DNA of 64,000 nt, taken from IMG/VR virus record IMGVR_UViG_3300029258_001230. The stretch is one strand, 5' to 3'. The stretch comes from an uncultured virus (IMG/VR IMGVR_UViG_3300029258_001230) (taxonomy: Duplodnaviria > Heunggongvirae > Uroviricota > Caudoviricetes). Within the stretch, counting starts at the first letter, position 1, and every line of letters begins with the position of its first letter. This document shows, one piece after another, positions 33,820 through 43,753 of the stretch. The position numbers and the translations under genes are program-made. The notes below the pieces were generated by a model. It was not told the origin of the DNA, did no database searches, and saw only the letters and a list, made by a program, of their open reading frames with translations.

Positions 33820-34545
33820 TTATTGATTTAAAATTTCATCCATAACATCTAACCAAGTTCCGTTAAGATGTTTGCATTGAACTGTCGTATCTATAAATAC
33901 AGGAATGTCTTTTTGGTGACAGTCATTGGCGAACCAAGTATCAGCATGGTGCATTTCTCCTTTTACAAATCTGAACGGAACATTCTCAAAAGCTTTCCTA
34001 GATATTAAAGCGCAACCGATACCTGCATGATATACTTGTTTTAAGTTACCATTGTATAATAAAGGCTCTTCGTGTTCAATAAAAGGCACAGTCTTATAAG
34101 CATTTTTAAAACGATCCAAAGGCTCAGCTACTTGAACCATAGATTTTCTCATTTTACCGTGAAAAATATCATATACCCCAGACACAACAAGTTTTCTGCT
34201 CGTTAAAAGTCTTTCAATAACATCTAAAGGAGGGATAACGTCTGTTTCCAAGTGAAGCATATAGTCGTAGTTGTTATTTAAAGCATATTGACGGCAGGCT
34301 TCGTGTGCCTTAGTAGTTCGTTCTAAAACCCCGCTTAAATCATAACCAACTCTTTCAACTACAAAACCTTCCTCTTCCATTTCCATAGCAAACTCTCCTG
34401 TTTCGCTATTGTCAGCCAAGTAAACATCATAGTTTGAATAAGTCAGGTTTTTGACGGTTGTTTTCCATGTTTCCCAACAGTATTTTTTAGAGTCATGTTG
34501 CGGAGCGCACACTAATACTTTTGGTAGGTCTATCGGTTTTTCCAT
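33820..34545 (-). CDS. GT-A fold (GT2-like) glycosyltransferase
   Basis: YLADNS, YDYMLHLETDV (DxD-like), GIGCALISR, ADTWF. Confidence 0.8.
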   Translation of the reverse strand: MEKPIDLPKVLVCAPQHDSKKYCWETWKTTVKNLTYSNYDVYLADNSETGEFAMEMEEEGFVVERVGYDLSGVLERTTKAHEACRQYALNNNYDYMLHLETDVIPPLDVIERLLTSRKLVVSGVYDIFHGKMRKSMVQVAEPLDRFKNAYKTVPFIEHEEPLLYNGNLKQVYHAGIGCALISRKAFENVPFRFVKGEMHHADTWFANDCHQKDIPVFIDTTVQCKHLNGTWLDVMDEILNQ

Positions 34546-34776
34546 AAATTTTATTTTGCCCTATTAGATATGTCCGTAAAAATAACAAACCATATTCAAT
34601 AATCCAAAAATAAGATTAACATAAATAACATGGTTATTTAATTGATTATCAAATATTTATTAATCAAAAACACTTGTATTGCAAATTATGTTTTTTTATT
34701 AACGGAATAAAAACCCACAACTTTGTATTGTTAGAAAATTGTAAAACCGAGTTATGTAACTCATAAATATCAAAAA

Positions 34777-34887
34777 ATGAAAGAAGTTAAAGACATTTTC
34801 AAGGCGATGCTACCAGTAGCTTTAGGTGTGACAGCAGGATTATTCGTGCATGAGCAAATTAAGAAAGCTATTGATAAGAAAGCTTAA
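34777..34887 (+). CDS. 36-aa membrane peptide upstream of the capsid candidate (not in ORF track)
   Basis: MKEVKDIFKAMLPVALGVTAGLFVHEQIKKAIDKKA. Confidence 0.65.
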   Translation: MKEVKDIFKAMLPVALGVTAGLFVHEQIKKAIDKKA

Positions 34888-34912
34888 TTAAAAATCATTA
34901 AAAAGAAGAAAG

Positions 34913-35599
34913 ATGAGAGATTATTTTGGAGAAGCGATGAATTTCGCAAACGAAAGCTACTCTAACTATGATGGTGGAGGTTGGAACAACATGGATTCTT
35001 ACAACTACCAAGATGGTTATGAGTACGCTTCACAAGGAGCAGGTGTAGAAGCAAAAGCTTCTTTACCATTTGTAATTAACATTGCTAACTCAACTACTGA
35101 TGACGTATCATCTGTTGTTGTATTAGGTGCTAACTCGAATTTGACTGGAGCTACTAACTTTGGTAACGTTGCGGCTATTACTATTACAATGGATAATGGT
35201 GATGTAACTTATACTGAGTTCTTAGAGTCTATCAAGTCTGAGCCATTTAAAGTTGGTTATATGTATTTAGAGTCTTCTAATACAGCACAGCCATTTAAGC
35301 AATTGACTGTAACGTATAGAGAGCCTAATGGTCGTAAGACAGAGTTACCTGTAACTCCACGTAAAGACCCTATGCAGAATCAAGCGGATGTTACTATTGT
35401 TAAGTATTCATTCCCAGTAGACGGATTTACAAGAATCACAACTACTATCTTGGCATCTGCGACTCTTACTATGAGTCTGTACCCACAAGAGCAATTGAAC
35501 CTTGCAAGAGGTTTAGTAGGACGTTCGATTGGTAAAGCTTATTCACAGCCTAACTTATCGCAATTCCAATTGCCTACGGGTAATCCTTTAGTAGGATAA
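34913..35599 (+). CDS. putative major capsid protein (single jelly-roll-like)
   Basis: Beta-strand-rich 228 aa; codon usage looks highly expressed (AAC, TTC, GCT, CGT); own upstream promoter region and terminator; opens the structural block. Confidence 0.6.
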   Translation: MRDYFGEAMNFANESYSNYDGGGWNNMDSYNYQDGYEYASQGAGVEAKASLPFVINIANSTTDDVSSVVVLGANSNLTGATNFGNVAAITITMDNGDVTYTEFLESIKSEPFKVGYMYLESSNTAQPFKQLTVTYREPNGRKTELPVTPRKDPMQNQADVTIVKYSFPVDGFTRITTTILASATLTMSLYPQEQLNLARGLVGRSIGKAYSQPNLSQFQLPTGNPLVG

Positions 35600-35617
35600 T
35601 TAGAATTGTCTAATATA

Positions 35618-35660
35618 AGAGGGCAGAGCCTACTAATGTAGGTTATCTGCCCTTTTTTTT
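35618..35660 (+). terminator. intrinsic terminator after the capsid candidate
   Basis: AGGGCAGA...TCTGCCCT followed by a T-tract. Confidence 0.85.
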
Positions 35661-35676
35661 AAGTTAAATTGAGGTT

Positions 35677-36108
35677 ATGACTATATATGAATACACGGCA
35701 ATTAATAATCCCAACGGAGCTAGAAATCTTTTAGGTTCTTATGGTGTTAAGCCTATCAACAGACCTGATTACTTAGCTAAACAATTAGCTGATTTAATAT
35801 CTCGAACAGGGAATGATGGTTTGTATAAATTAGGTTCTATTCATCCTGATTTTGAATTGGTAAAGAAAATTGTCCAAGGTCAAGTTGAAAAAGAATATAA
35901 GGAGAAAGAATCTGAGAAAGAAAAAAGCTTCCTTAATGCTGATGGTCAGGAAATTAAAGACACGGTAAAAGAGATAAAAGCAAAACAAGAAGTAATGGGG
36001 TATGGCAATGGATCAAACTCACCGAATATTAACTCTGATAAAACAGAATTAATGATAATAGGAAGTATTGCTTTAATTGGATTGGCGTTGATTTTAAATC
36101 GAAAGTAA
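35677..36108 (+). CDS. virion membrane protein (C-terminal TM)
   Basis: FLNADG motif; C-terminal hydrophobic helix plus RK. Confidence 0.7.
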   Translation: MTIYEYTAINNPNGARNLLGSYGVKPINRPDYLAKQLADLISRTGNDGLYKLGSIHPDFELVKKIVQGQVEKEYKEKESEKEKSFLNADGQEIKDTVKEIKAKQEVMGYGNGSNSPNINSDKTELMIIGSIALIGLALILNRK

Positions 36109-36698
36109 TGAGACATTATAGCAATACAATTAAGAATATAGCTAACGCATACAAGTCTAATGACTTAGAGTTGGCTAGACATTTCGTATATACTGAGTTG
36201 GCTCGCATGATAGATGAAGAGCCTAATAAGGTTGCTGATTTATTAAATGAATCAGGTGTTACAGGTGTAAGTTCTCAAAGTGATAAGACTAAGTTGGTTG
36301 AAGCATCCTCTAGGGAGATAATCAGAAATAAAAAATTCCAAGACTTAATATTAGCTAAAATAGCTATTAATTCTAAGAAGTCTAATTTTTATAAGGCGAA
36401 TGGAGAAGGTGTTTCCGATTTGGTAGAGCAAGTAGGTCAAGCAGGGCAGTCTGCTGGAGGAGGTCAAGCAGGTGCTATTATAGGTTCTCTATCTGAGTTG
36501 GGTAGTAATATATTTGGTTTTTTTACTACTAAAAAGCAAATGGATATTGAGGAGCAACAAGCCAAGTCATCTATGTATGCTAATTTACTTAAAGATGATG
36601 ATGATGGAACTAATTGGCTACCCATAGCTATTATAGGAGGTGTTCTCCTCATTGGAGGGGTTGTAGTTTGGAAAGTTTTAGGAAGTAAAAATAAGTAA
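36108..36698 (+). CDS. virion membrane protein, paralog of 36709
   Basis: FYKANG, Gly-rich segment, C-terminal TM. Confidence 0.7.
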   Translation: MRHYSNTIKNIANAYKSNDLELARHFVYTELARMIDEEPNKVADLLNESGVTGVSSQSDKTKLVEASSREIIRNKKFQDLILAKIAINSKKSNFYKANGEGVSDLVEQVGQAGQSAGGGQAGAIIGSLSELGSNIFGFFTTKKQMDIEEQQAKSSMYANLLKDDDDGTNWLPIAIIGGVLLIGGVVVWKVLGSKNK

Positions 36699-36708
36699 AA
36701 AAAACAAG

Positions 36709-37242
36709 GTGGTAGGTTTGAATAAAAAGCAGTTAATAGGGGTTTTTGCTAAGTTGATAAGCAAGAACCCTTTGGCTGTTAAAAACTTATTGAGAGACCA
36801 TGGGGTTGAAGTTGGTGATGATAAATATAAAATCGCTAAATATTTATTGGATAATATTAAAAACAACCCTGTTTTAGTGAGAGATTTGTCTAGCTTGATT
36901 GTTAAAGAAGGATTGATTAAATCTATTGATTATTCTAGTGGCGATGGAAGATGGGCAGAAGCAGGAGTAACCGTAGCTAAAGACACGGCAACAGGAGCGC
37001 AATCAGGAGGTGGTGTTGGAGCAATTGTCGGCTTTATAGTAGGGTCTATATCGGCAGGGTTTGGAATAGGAGATGCTAAAAAACAAGACGAGTTAGAGGA
37101 CGAAAAGGCAAAAAACGAACTTTATGCAGATTTGTTTTCAGAAGAAAAAGAATTAAAAAAGAATAATTTAATACCAATACTTATAGTCGGGGGTGTTTTA
37201 TTAGTTTCAGCTATAATGATTGTTGTATTTGTAAAATTTTAA
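36709..37242 (+). CDS. virion membrane protein, paralog of 36108
   Basis: KKQDELEDEKAKNELYADL vs KKQMDIEEQQAKSSMYANL; IPILIVGGVLL vs LPIAIIGGVLL. Confidence 0.7.
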   Translation: MVGLNKKQLIGVFAKLISKNPLAVKNLLRDHGVEVGDDKYKIAKYLLDNIKNNPVLVRDLSSLIVKEGLIKSIDYSSGDGRWAEAGVTVAKDTATGAQSGGGVGAIVGFIVGSISAGFGIGDAKKQDELEDEKAKNELYADLFSEEKELKKNNLIPILIVGGVLLVSAIMIVVFVKF

Positions 37243-37246
37243 ATAG

Positions 37247-37735
37247 ATGTTAATAGAAGCTACTTTAATAAATGATTGTTTATCTCCAAAAGGGAGTTTG
37301 TCTTCTGAGGATAAAAAACCATTCCATAAAGGTGATAAGGTTGTAGGTAGGGTTGTTGATATAAAAAATGGCGACTCGAAAATGCTAGGATTACAGACAG
37401 TAGAAGGTTATATAATACCAGATGCTTTTGTAGAGCCAATAGGAGAGTTTAAAGGTGATCCAAATGATTTAGGTATTCAGGATGCTGAATATTACGAGGA
37501 AGAGTCGATTGGTAAAAAAGCTGTTAGTGATTCAATCCAAAAAGTAAATCCCAAAAACCTCATAAGTTCAAATAGTATGAGGAGTAAAAAAGCTGTTCAA
37601 ATAGGAGTTGCAGGAGGGTTGTTAGGTCTTGTTGTAGCGATGATTTATGGTAAAAACAAATTAATATCTACTGGTATAGGTGCTTTTGGAGGTATGGTGG
37701 TAGGTAATTACATTTCAGAAATAGAAAATAAATAA
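37247..37735 (+). CDS. membrane protein with two C-terminal Gly-rich TM helices
   Basis: GVAGGLLGLVVAM and GIGAFGGMVVG. Confidence 0.7.
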   Translation: MLIEATLINDCLSPKGSLSSEDKKPFHKGDKVVGRVVDIKNGDSKMLGLQTVEGYIIPDAFVEPIGEFKGDPNDLGIQDAEYYEEESIGKKAVSDSIQKVNPKNLISSNSMRSKKAVQIGVAGGLLGLVVAMIYGKNKLISTGIGAFGGMVVGNYISEIENK

Positions 37736-37737
37736 TT

Positions 37738-38220
37738 ATGGGACAGAATAAAAAAGCGATTTTGAAAACGGGGTTTGGAACAACTTTGAATTTGTTAGAG
37801 TTAAGTCCTAGAGAGTATATAGTGACAAAGAAAATAACTACTGTAATAGATACTCCTCATCAAGAAATTAAAGGGACTAAAAACACTTTTCTTGAAGGTG
37901 CTAAAATCAAAGGTAATCTATGGAAAGAAACTGATGATAAGCAAGGTAAGCAAAGAAATGTAGTAATGGTTCAAGCTGACGGTGGTAGATATTTATTACC
38001 CGTTGATGTTGTTGAGTTGGTTGATACAGAGAAAGAAGAGATTAAAAAAGAACTAGAGACCTTAAAAGGAGATTTAGAAAAGTATAAAGATCAAGCAAAA
38101 GAACATTTGTCTGGAATAAAGACAGAAACTAAAGACTTGTTTGATAAAGAAGTTTTCGGACTAAAGGTTAAGCAGTTGTTGTTAATAGGTGTTGGGATTT
38201 TGATAATTAAAAAATTGTAA
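37738..38220 (+). CDS. membrane protein (C-terminal TM)
   Basis: Ends LLLIGVGILIIKKL. Confidence 0.7.
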   Translation: MGQNKKAILKTGFGTTLNLLELSPREYIVTKKITTVIDTPHQEIKGTKNTFLEGAKIKGNLWKETDDKQGKQRNVVMVQADGGRYLLPVDVVELVDTEKEEIKKELETLKGDLEKYKDQAKEHLSGIKTETKDLFDKEVFGLKVKQLLLIGVGILIIKKL

Positions 38221-38588
38221 TGGGAAATAAAGTTTCGGTAATAGGCGTTAATTTTAAAAATCAGTACAACGAGGCTATGAGCCAAGTAGTTGCTACTGGC
38301 ACAATAACTCCTTTACTAAATCTTTACCTTAAATACAACAAACAATTAGAGCAAAACCACGGTTTGAGTATTAATGAATTTCTAGGGCTTTCTAATGAGA
38401 AAATTGACTCTATAATTAGTGTGGAAAAGTATTTGAACGATAATAAAGTAAATGCAGGTAGTGATATTATATATACTGAATCATTAAATCAGAACGATAA
38501 TGGTAGCAGTTTCAATGTTAACTACATATATCCTATAGCAGGAGTTTTGTTGTTAAGTGTTGGTGTGGTTTTAATTTTTAAAAAATAG
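38220..38588 (+). CDS. membrane protein (C-terminal TM)
   Basis: Ends IAGVLLLSVGVVLIFKK. Confidence 0.7.
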   Translation: MGNKVSVIGVNFKNQYNEAMSQVVATGTITPLLNLYLKYNKQLEQNHGLSINEFLGLSNEKIDSIISVEKYLNDNKVNAGSDIIYTESLNQNDNGSSFNVNYIYPIAGVLLLSVGVVLIFKK

Positions 38589-38593
38589 ATGGT

Positions 38594-39322
38594 ATGAATG
38601 TTTATCATTATAAAATGGTTTCAGATTGGCTTCATGCGGATATGTCGCAAGAAGATTTAAAAGCTAAATCCTTTCAAGATAACTTGAATCAGTTAGATAA
38701 TAAGTTAGTTAATACAGGCGGATTAGATAAGAAGGATTTAGTTAATAAAGTTTCTATTAAAACTAAAGAGGAACTTCAAAAAGCGGTTACTAAGCCATCT
38801 AGTTATTCTAACCCTACTTATAGAAGAACAGAATACACTTCTAATACTTGTGCGGAATTGGAAAAGACTAAATCAAGTCTAGTGAATTGTCAATCAACAG
38901 TTTCTAAATTGAAAAAAGAATTAGAAGCTTTGGGTAGTTCAAAGAAAATTAACGATAATGAGTATATTTCTAGGATTAAATCATTAGAAGGTAGTGTATC
39001 TAAGTTGGTAGAAGAGAATAAAGAACTTGAAGAGCGATTAAAACAATGCTTATCATCCAAATCAACAGATCCAGACGCTTTAAATAAGTGTGAATCAGAT
39101 AAAGAAGATCTTGTTAAGAAAGTAACGGATTTAGAGGGGCAAATTAAAGGTCTTAAAGACAAGCCTTCGGTAAGTATAGTATCAGCACCAAGTAATCTTT
39201 CTAGTGGAGGTGCAGGTGGAAGTTCAAGTAGCAATAAAAAGCCAAAAGAAGCGAAATCATACTTTTTGCCATTATTGGTAATATCAGCAGGATTAGGAAC
39301 ATTTTTATTCAATCAAAAATAG
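38594..39322 (+). CDS. coiled-coil membrane protein (C-terminal TM)
   Basis: Heptad repeats with spaced Cys, S/G linker, terminal TM. Confidence 0.7.
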   Translation: MNVYHYKMVSDWLHADMSQEDLKAKSFQDNLNQLDNKLVNTGGLDKKDLVNKVSIKTKEELQKAVTKPSSYSNPTYRRTEYTSNTCAELEKTKSSLVNCQSTVSKLKKELEALGSSKKINDNEYISRIKSLEGSVSKLVEENKELEERLKQCLSSKSTDPDALNKCESDKEDLVKKVTDLEGQIKGLKDKPSVSIVSAPSNLSSGGAGGSSSSNKKPKEAKSYFLPLLVISAGLGTFLFNQK

Positions 39323-39328
39323 ATTAAT

Positions 39329-39826
39329 ATGGGGTCAGAAGCGGAAATATTAGGTTACATGATTAAGTCAGGAGACTTGAAAAGATTCTCAAAAGAACAG
39401 GAAGAGAAGTTTAGAGAAATTGGAGGTATGGTAGATAGAGGTGAAATCACCTTAAATCAATCTTATAAACTAGCTAAAAAGAATGGCTTTAAAGGGGTTA
39501 ACGGCTCTTACAGTAATAGCACTGGAGATTATGAACAAGCCATGAATGAATGGGAATCTGAAAATTGGGGAGATAGTTCTCAAAACGGAGGCTTTAAAGA
39601 TTGGGCTAATACAGCTAAATCAGCAGGTTGGATTAATACAGGGCTTAATGTTTTAAATTCTTTGTTCGGAACAGGCAGTCAGGGTCAGCAAGAACAACAG
39701 CCACAAGTAGTAGTTGTAAAAGATGAAGACAAGGGTTTGAGTACAGGTGCTATCATTGGCATATCGTTAGGTGGTGTAGCGATATTAGGTACAATTATAT
39801 TTTTAGCAACAAGAAATAGAGATTAA
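39329..39826 (+). CDS. membrane protein (C-terminal TM)
   Basis: YSNSTG motif; GLSTGAIIGISLGGVAILGTIIF. Confidence 0.7.
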   Translation: MGSEAEILGYMIKSGDLKRFSKEQEEKFREIGGMVDRGEITLNQSYKLAKKNGFKGVNGSYSNSTGDYEQAMNEWESENWGDSSQNGGFKDWANTAKSAGWINTGLNVLNSLFGTGSQGQQEQQPQVVVVKDEDKGLSTGAIIGISLGGVAILGTIIFLATRNRD

Positions 39827-39828
39827 TT

Positions 39829-40098
39829 ATGGAAAAGTCAGATTTAGTAAAAGGAATTGTTGGCGGTGTAGTAGCAGGTTTTTCAATTGGAGTAGGTTTT
39901 TTAATCGCTCAAAAAACAGTTGGTAAAATGTTTCACGCTAAAAAAGATGACGTTAACATTAAGGACGAAATCAAAAATGGTGTTGTTGAGGGTTTGAAGC
40001 AAATTCAAACAGAAAAGAAAGCACAGGCTTATGAAAGCGCAAATGGTTCAAGAGGTGCGGAAGCAAAAAGAAGAGTAGGTCATCCTTATATGCGATAA
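39829..40098 (+). CDS. membrane protein (N-terminal TM)
   Basis: GIVGGVVAGFSIGVGFL; YESANG motif. Confidence 0.7.
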   Translation: MEKSDLVKGIVGGVVAGFSIGVGFLIAQKTVGKMFHAKKDDVNIKDEIKNGVVEGLKQIQTEKKAQAYESANGSRGAEAKRRVGHPYMR

Positions 40099-40101
40099 AC
40101 T

Positions 40102-40887
40102 ATGCTTAAATACAAAGCGAATACAAATAAAAAGAAAACAAACTTACTTCTAGGTATTGAGGTTAAACGCCCTTTGAAAGTTAGAATCCAAGCAATAGAC
40201 CCTTATAAAAAAGGAGCTGTTTATATGGATAGATGGCAAACTATTGAGGGTAGGAAGGATTTTGAGATAAGACTTCCTCAAAGCCCTAAAGATTTAATGG
40301 TTAGAATTATTTCTCCAGATGCTATCCGACAAGATAGCATGGAAAACATGGTTAGAGTAACCAAGTTTGAAGAAATTGATTTGCCTGAGTATTCGCAATG
40401 TGTTACAGGAAAGAAGGTAAAGACGTTTATCGAGTTTGCAAAATGGTTTTGTGAAAATGCAGGTATATTAGAGTGTGGAAGATACCAGTCGACAGATGGT
40501 AAGTACACAGTCGATTATTTACCTGTAATTGTAGATAGAGGTAAGCAACTTACAACACCAGCTAGGATTTCAAATCAAACAGGACGCATGGAGATAAGCC
40601 GTAGGTCTTTTGATCGAATGAGCATTCCTATGCGTATGGCGATTATTTGCCATGAGTTTAGCCATTACTACTTGAATGAAATTCAAAAGGATGAGATTGA
40701 AGCCGATCTAAATGCTTTAACTCTTTACTTAGGTATGGGTTATCCAGTTATTGAGGCTCATAAAGCTTTCTTGGAAACATTTTACAAGTACCCAACAGAA
40801 GCAAATAGAGAAAGGTATGAATACTTAAAAGCGTATATAGATAACTTTGATAAGTTGAAGTACGATATATGCTCAATTTTTAAATAA
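40102..40887 (+). CDS. zincin metallopeptidase (HExxH), candidate maturation protease
   Basis: IICHEFSHYY...EIEADLNA...ER; located within the structural module. Confidence 0.75.
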   Translation: MLKYKANTNKKKTNLLLGIEVKRPLKVRIQAIDPYKKGAVYMDRWQTIEGRKDFEIRLPQSPKDLMVRIISPDAIRQDSMENMVRVTKFEEIDLPEYSQCVTGKKVKTFIEFAKWFCENAGILECGRYQSTDGKYTVDYLPVIVDRGKQLTTPARISNQTGRMEISRRSFDRMSIPMRMAIICHEFSHYYLNEIQKDEIEADLNALTLYLGMGYPVIEAHKAFLETFYKYPTEANRERYEYLKAYIDNFDKLKYDICSIFK

Positions 40888-41607
40888 ATGAATATGGGAA
40901 ATAAAAAGACAATTTTAATCGGATTAGGCGTTTTGGCACTAGCAGGATTTGTTTGGTATAAAAGGAAAGAAAAAAGTGGTGCAACGTATGAGCCATCTAA
41001 CGCTGTTAAAAGGTATAGGCAAGAAGATGGGGTGTGTTATGAGATTAAGACTTTATACTCACGAAAAAATGCAGGAAGTCTCTCGATGGAAATGGATATA
41101 GAGGAGGTTTCAAGAAAAGAGATACCTTGTTCTGAAATGCCAAAAGTTGACGAAGGTTTCAAAAAAGAGTTATTAGAAAGAGATGATGTACCTGAGGCGT
41201 TTAATAGAACTGAATTAGGACTGCGTTATCAATATTATTACTCAAAAGGATTTTACTTTAAGAAGATGGCTTCGGGTGTTTATTATGATTCTGATAGTAA
41301 AGGAACTCAAATAACAAAAGAAGAGTATTTAAAAGCTTTTTTTAGTGAAGAGCCACCACTAACCACAGATTTAACTGATGGTCAGAATTACAACGACCCA
41401 GTTTTTCAAGGAGAGACGGCTGATAATTTACAACCTAATGGTAACCAATATAATCAAAATACCTTAGAAGACGATAAGCTAGAGGTAGATGATAGAGATA
41501 GACCAGAAAGAGTTTATATCAATAGAGATAATCAAGAAAATATTAGAGTCCCTAAAAATAACTCTCAATTAACACCAGAGCAAATAGCTTTATTGCAAGC
41601 GATATGA
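40888..41607 (+). CDS. membrane protein (N-terminal TM)
   Basis: KKTILIGLGVLALAGFVWYKRK. Confidence 0.7.
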   Translation: MNMGNKKTILIGLGVLALAGFVWYKRKEKSGATYEPSNAVKRYRQEDGVCYEIKTLYSRKNAGSLSMEMDIEEVSRKEIPCSEMPKVDEGFKKELLERDDVPEAFNRTELGLRYQYYYSKGFYFKKMASGVYYDSDSKGTQITKEEYLKAFFSEEPPLTTDLTDGQNYNDPVFQGETADNLQPNGNQYNQNTLEDDKLEVDDRDRPERVYINRDNQENIRVPKNNSQLTPEQIALLQAI

Positions 41608-41990
41608 TAACAATTAACGGGATAGTGACAGATAGAGAAGGAGAGCCGTTGCCGTTCGCATCCATTTATGAATCTAACTCGAAAGGTATTCAAGTTAGTG
41701 GAAATGGAACGTCTAGCAACATAAACGGAATCTATTTATTGCAAAATTTGCAATCTAACCATGTTACATTTTCGCACATAGGCTATAAGGATAAAACTTA
41801 TAAAGTTTCGGATATTTGTATTGTTGGTAAATGTAATCTAAATGTAGGTTTAGAGGTTGATTCGGTAGGCTTAGGAGAGGTTGTTATTAACGTAGAGAGA
41901 GATAAGAAATTGTTGGGCTTGATTAAAATAACAGCCTCTTCCTTTGCTTTATCAACATTGTTATTTTTAGGAATTGAAAAACTTAAATAA
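41604..41990 (+). CDS. carboxypeptidase-regulatory-like (CarbopepD_reg_2) domain membrane protein
   Basis: INGIVTDREGEPLPFASI...GTSSNINGIY...FSHIGYK...LGEVVI, as in SusC N-terminal domains. Confidence 0.75.
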   Translation: MITINGIVTDREGEPLPFASIYESNSKGIQVSGNGTSSNINGIYLLQNLQSNHVTFSHIGYKDKTYKVSDICIVGKCNLNVGLEVDSVGLGEVVINVERDKKLLGLIKITASSFALSTLLFLGIEKLK

Positions 41991-42460
41991 TGGTTCAAAA
42001 TAAAATAATATCAAGTAGTAGAGAGTTGGTTGATAAAATATCAGCTAACAAATACACTCCATACGTTTTGGGTGGTATTGGTATTGTAGTAGCGAGCATA
42101 ATTATTTACAGGAAAGCAACAAAAAAAACGACTTTAAATACATTAGGTTCTAATCTATCAAATGATGAGGCGAAAGTCGTAGCGGAAAGCCAGTTTGGGT
42201 TTATGAATAAACTAGGGACGGCTGACATTCAAACTATGATAAAAGGACTTGAAAATCTAAATAAAGGAGATTTAAGGAAAGTGTATAATGCTTTTGGTAC
42301 TAGGTGTTACAATGGATACACAGAATGTGTTTTATTAGATAAATATTTAGGAGGTAGAAATTTAGATTTATTTGGTTGGTATTCGGAAGAGTTGAGCGAT
42401 TCGGAAAGGGAGTCAATGAGAGGGGTTTGGAGTAAATCAGAAATACCATTAACATTTTAA
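41990..42460 (+). CDS. membrane protein with an annexin-repeat-like domain
   Basis: N-terminal TM; MNKLGTAD...VYNAF...DLFGWYSEELS. Confidence 0.5.
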   Translation: MVQNKIISSSRELVDKISANKYTPYVLGGIGIVVASIIIYRKATKKTTLNTLGSNLSNDEAKVVAESQFGFMNKLGTADIQTMIKGLENLNKGDLRKVYNAFGTRCYNGYTECVLLDKYLGGRNLDLFGWYSEELSDSERESMRGVWSKSEIPLTF

Positions 42461-42461
42461 C

Positions 42462-42932
42462 ATGGATAAAAAGAAAGTAATATTAGGTTCGGTTATATTA
42501 ACATCTATTATAGGTGTAGCTTTACTTGGTTCTCATTTGGTAAAGAAAAGAAAAGAAAAAATAGAAGCTGAAAAAGATGAGGCGGTAAAAGGAGCTTTAG
42601 AAGAAGCTGAAAAAGACAAGGAGCAAGCGATAAAAGAAGTTACGGATCAGGTTAAAGGACAGCTTACTGGTAAATATGCTTACCCTAAGTCAGGTAAGGT
42701 GAATGTAAGGACAAGCCCAGAAGTTGATAACAAGTTTCCTGACAATATCCTATATGAAGATTATAATAAAAAAGTGGGGCTGATAGTAGATGTAGTTAAC
42801 GATAATTCTCCTAGATACGGCGAGGATTTTAAGTGGTATAAGGTTAAATTGTCCGAACCAAAATCGGGTTGGTTTTCAGACGATGAGTTTGGTTATGTTA
42901 GAGAGGATGTAGTAACAGTCAAAAATATTTAA
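42462..42932 (+). CDS. membrane protein with SH3b-like domain
   Basis: VNVRTSP...WYKVKL...GYVREDVV. Confidence 0.7.
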   Translation: MDKKKVILGSVILTSIIGVALLGSHLVKKRKEKIEAEKDEAVKGALEEAEKDKEQAIKEVTDQVKGQLTGKYAYPKSGKVNVRTSPEVDNKFPDNILYEDYNKKVGLIVDVVNDNSPRYGEDFKWYKVKLSEPKSGWFSDDEFGYVREDVVTVKNI

Positions 42933-42934
42933 AA

Positions 42935-43369
42935 ATGAGTTGTAGAAGAAAAAGAACAATAGAGGAACAGTTGCATATAGCAATTCCAAATAATCCTAAC
43001 ATTCCTTCAAGATATGCTAGGGGGTTGCTCTCTTATCAACCACAGTTATTTGTGGAAGATCCGTGGTTAGATAATTATAACGACACTCAAGCGTTACTGA
43101 ACTATCGAAATGCAGAGGGAGGAAGGCAAATGCCAGAAGACTCCTTAAATGAGTTGAAAAAAGCTGATATTGACTTGAAAGGAGAGTATTCTTTAACTAA
43201 AGAGGATGTTAAATCAGCTATTGAGAAAACAAGTAAGGAAAAAGAGATCGAAAAAATCGAGAAAGAAATTAAAAGTAATGTTTTAGGTTCTAATCTTGTA
43301 GCTTGGGGGTTAGTTGGAACTATTGCTTTAGGGGTTTTTATTGCAGGAAAGTCATTGATTAAAAAATAA
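42935..43369 (+). CDS. membrane protein (C-terminal TM)
   Basis: YRNAEG motif; terminal TM. Confidence 0.7.
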   Translation: MSCRRKRTIEEQLHIAIPNNPNIPSRYARGLLSYQPQLFVEDPWLDNYNDTQALLNYRNAEGGRQMPEDSLNELKKADIDLKGEYSLTKEDVKSAIEKTSKEKEIEKIEKEIKSNVLGSNLVAWGLVGTIALGVFIAGKSLIKK

Positions 43370-43379
43370 ATTTAAGATT

Positions 43380-43751
43380 ATGAACAAGGGATTGAAGATA
43401 GGTTTAATAGTAGGCGGTATAGCGGTAGTGAGTACTATTGGTTATTTAGTGTATAAAAAAATAAGTTCAGCAAATACAAATATTGGTGGAAACGAATCTC
43501 TTCCTGATACAAGGGGGGGTAAGGTGACTGATTCTACTTGTAGAAGTAATGATAAAGCTAGATTAGCTTTAAGAGAAGGGCTTTACATTCCTTCGGATTG
43601 GGCTAAAAGATTTCCTAACCAATCTGATTGTAAATTGTTAGAATGGATGTACGAGCTTAAATTTCAAACAGGTAAAAGTTGGGCTGGAGACTATGATAAT
43701 GAAAAGCTTTTAGAAACAGCCGAGTGGCAGTTGCATGAACAAAATAAGTAA
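43380..43751 (+). CDS. membrane protein, paralog of 43754
   Basis: KARLALREGLYIP...QSDCKLLEWMYELK...SWA...KLLETAEWQ. Confidence 0.75.
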   Translation: MNKGLKIGLIVGGIAVVSTIGYLVYKKISSANTNIGGNESLPDTRGGKVTDSTCRSNDKARLALREGLYIPSDWAKRFPNQSDCKLLEWMYELKFQTGKSWAGDYDNEKLLETAEWQLHEQNK

Positions 43752-43753
43752 TT

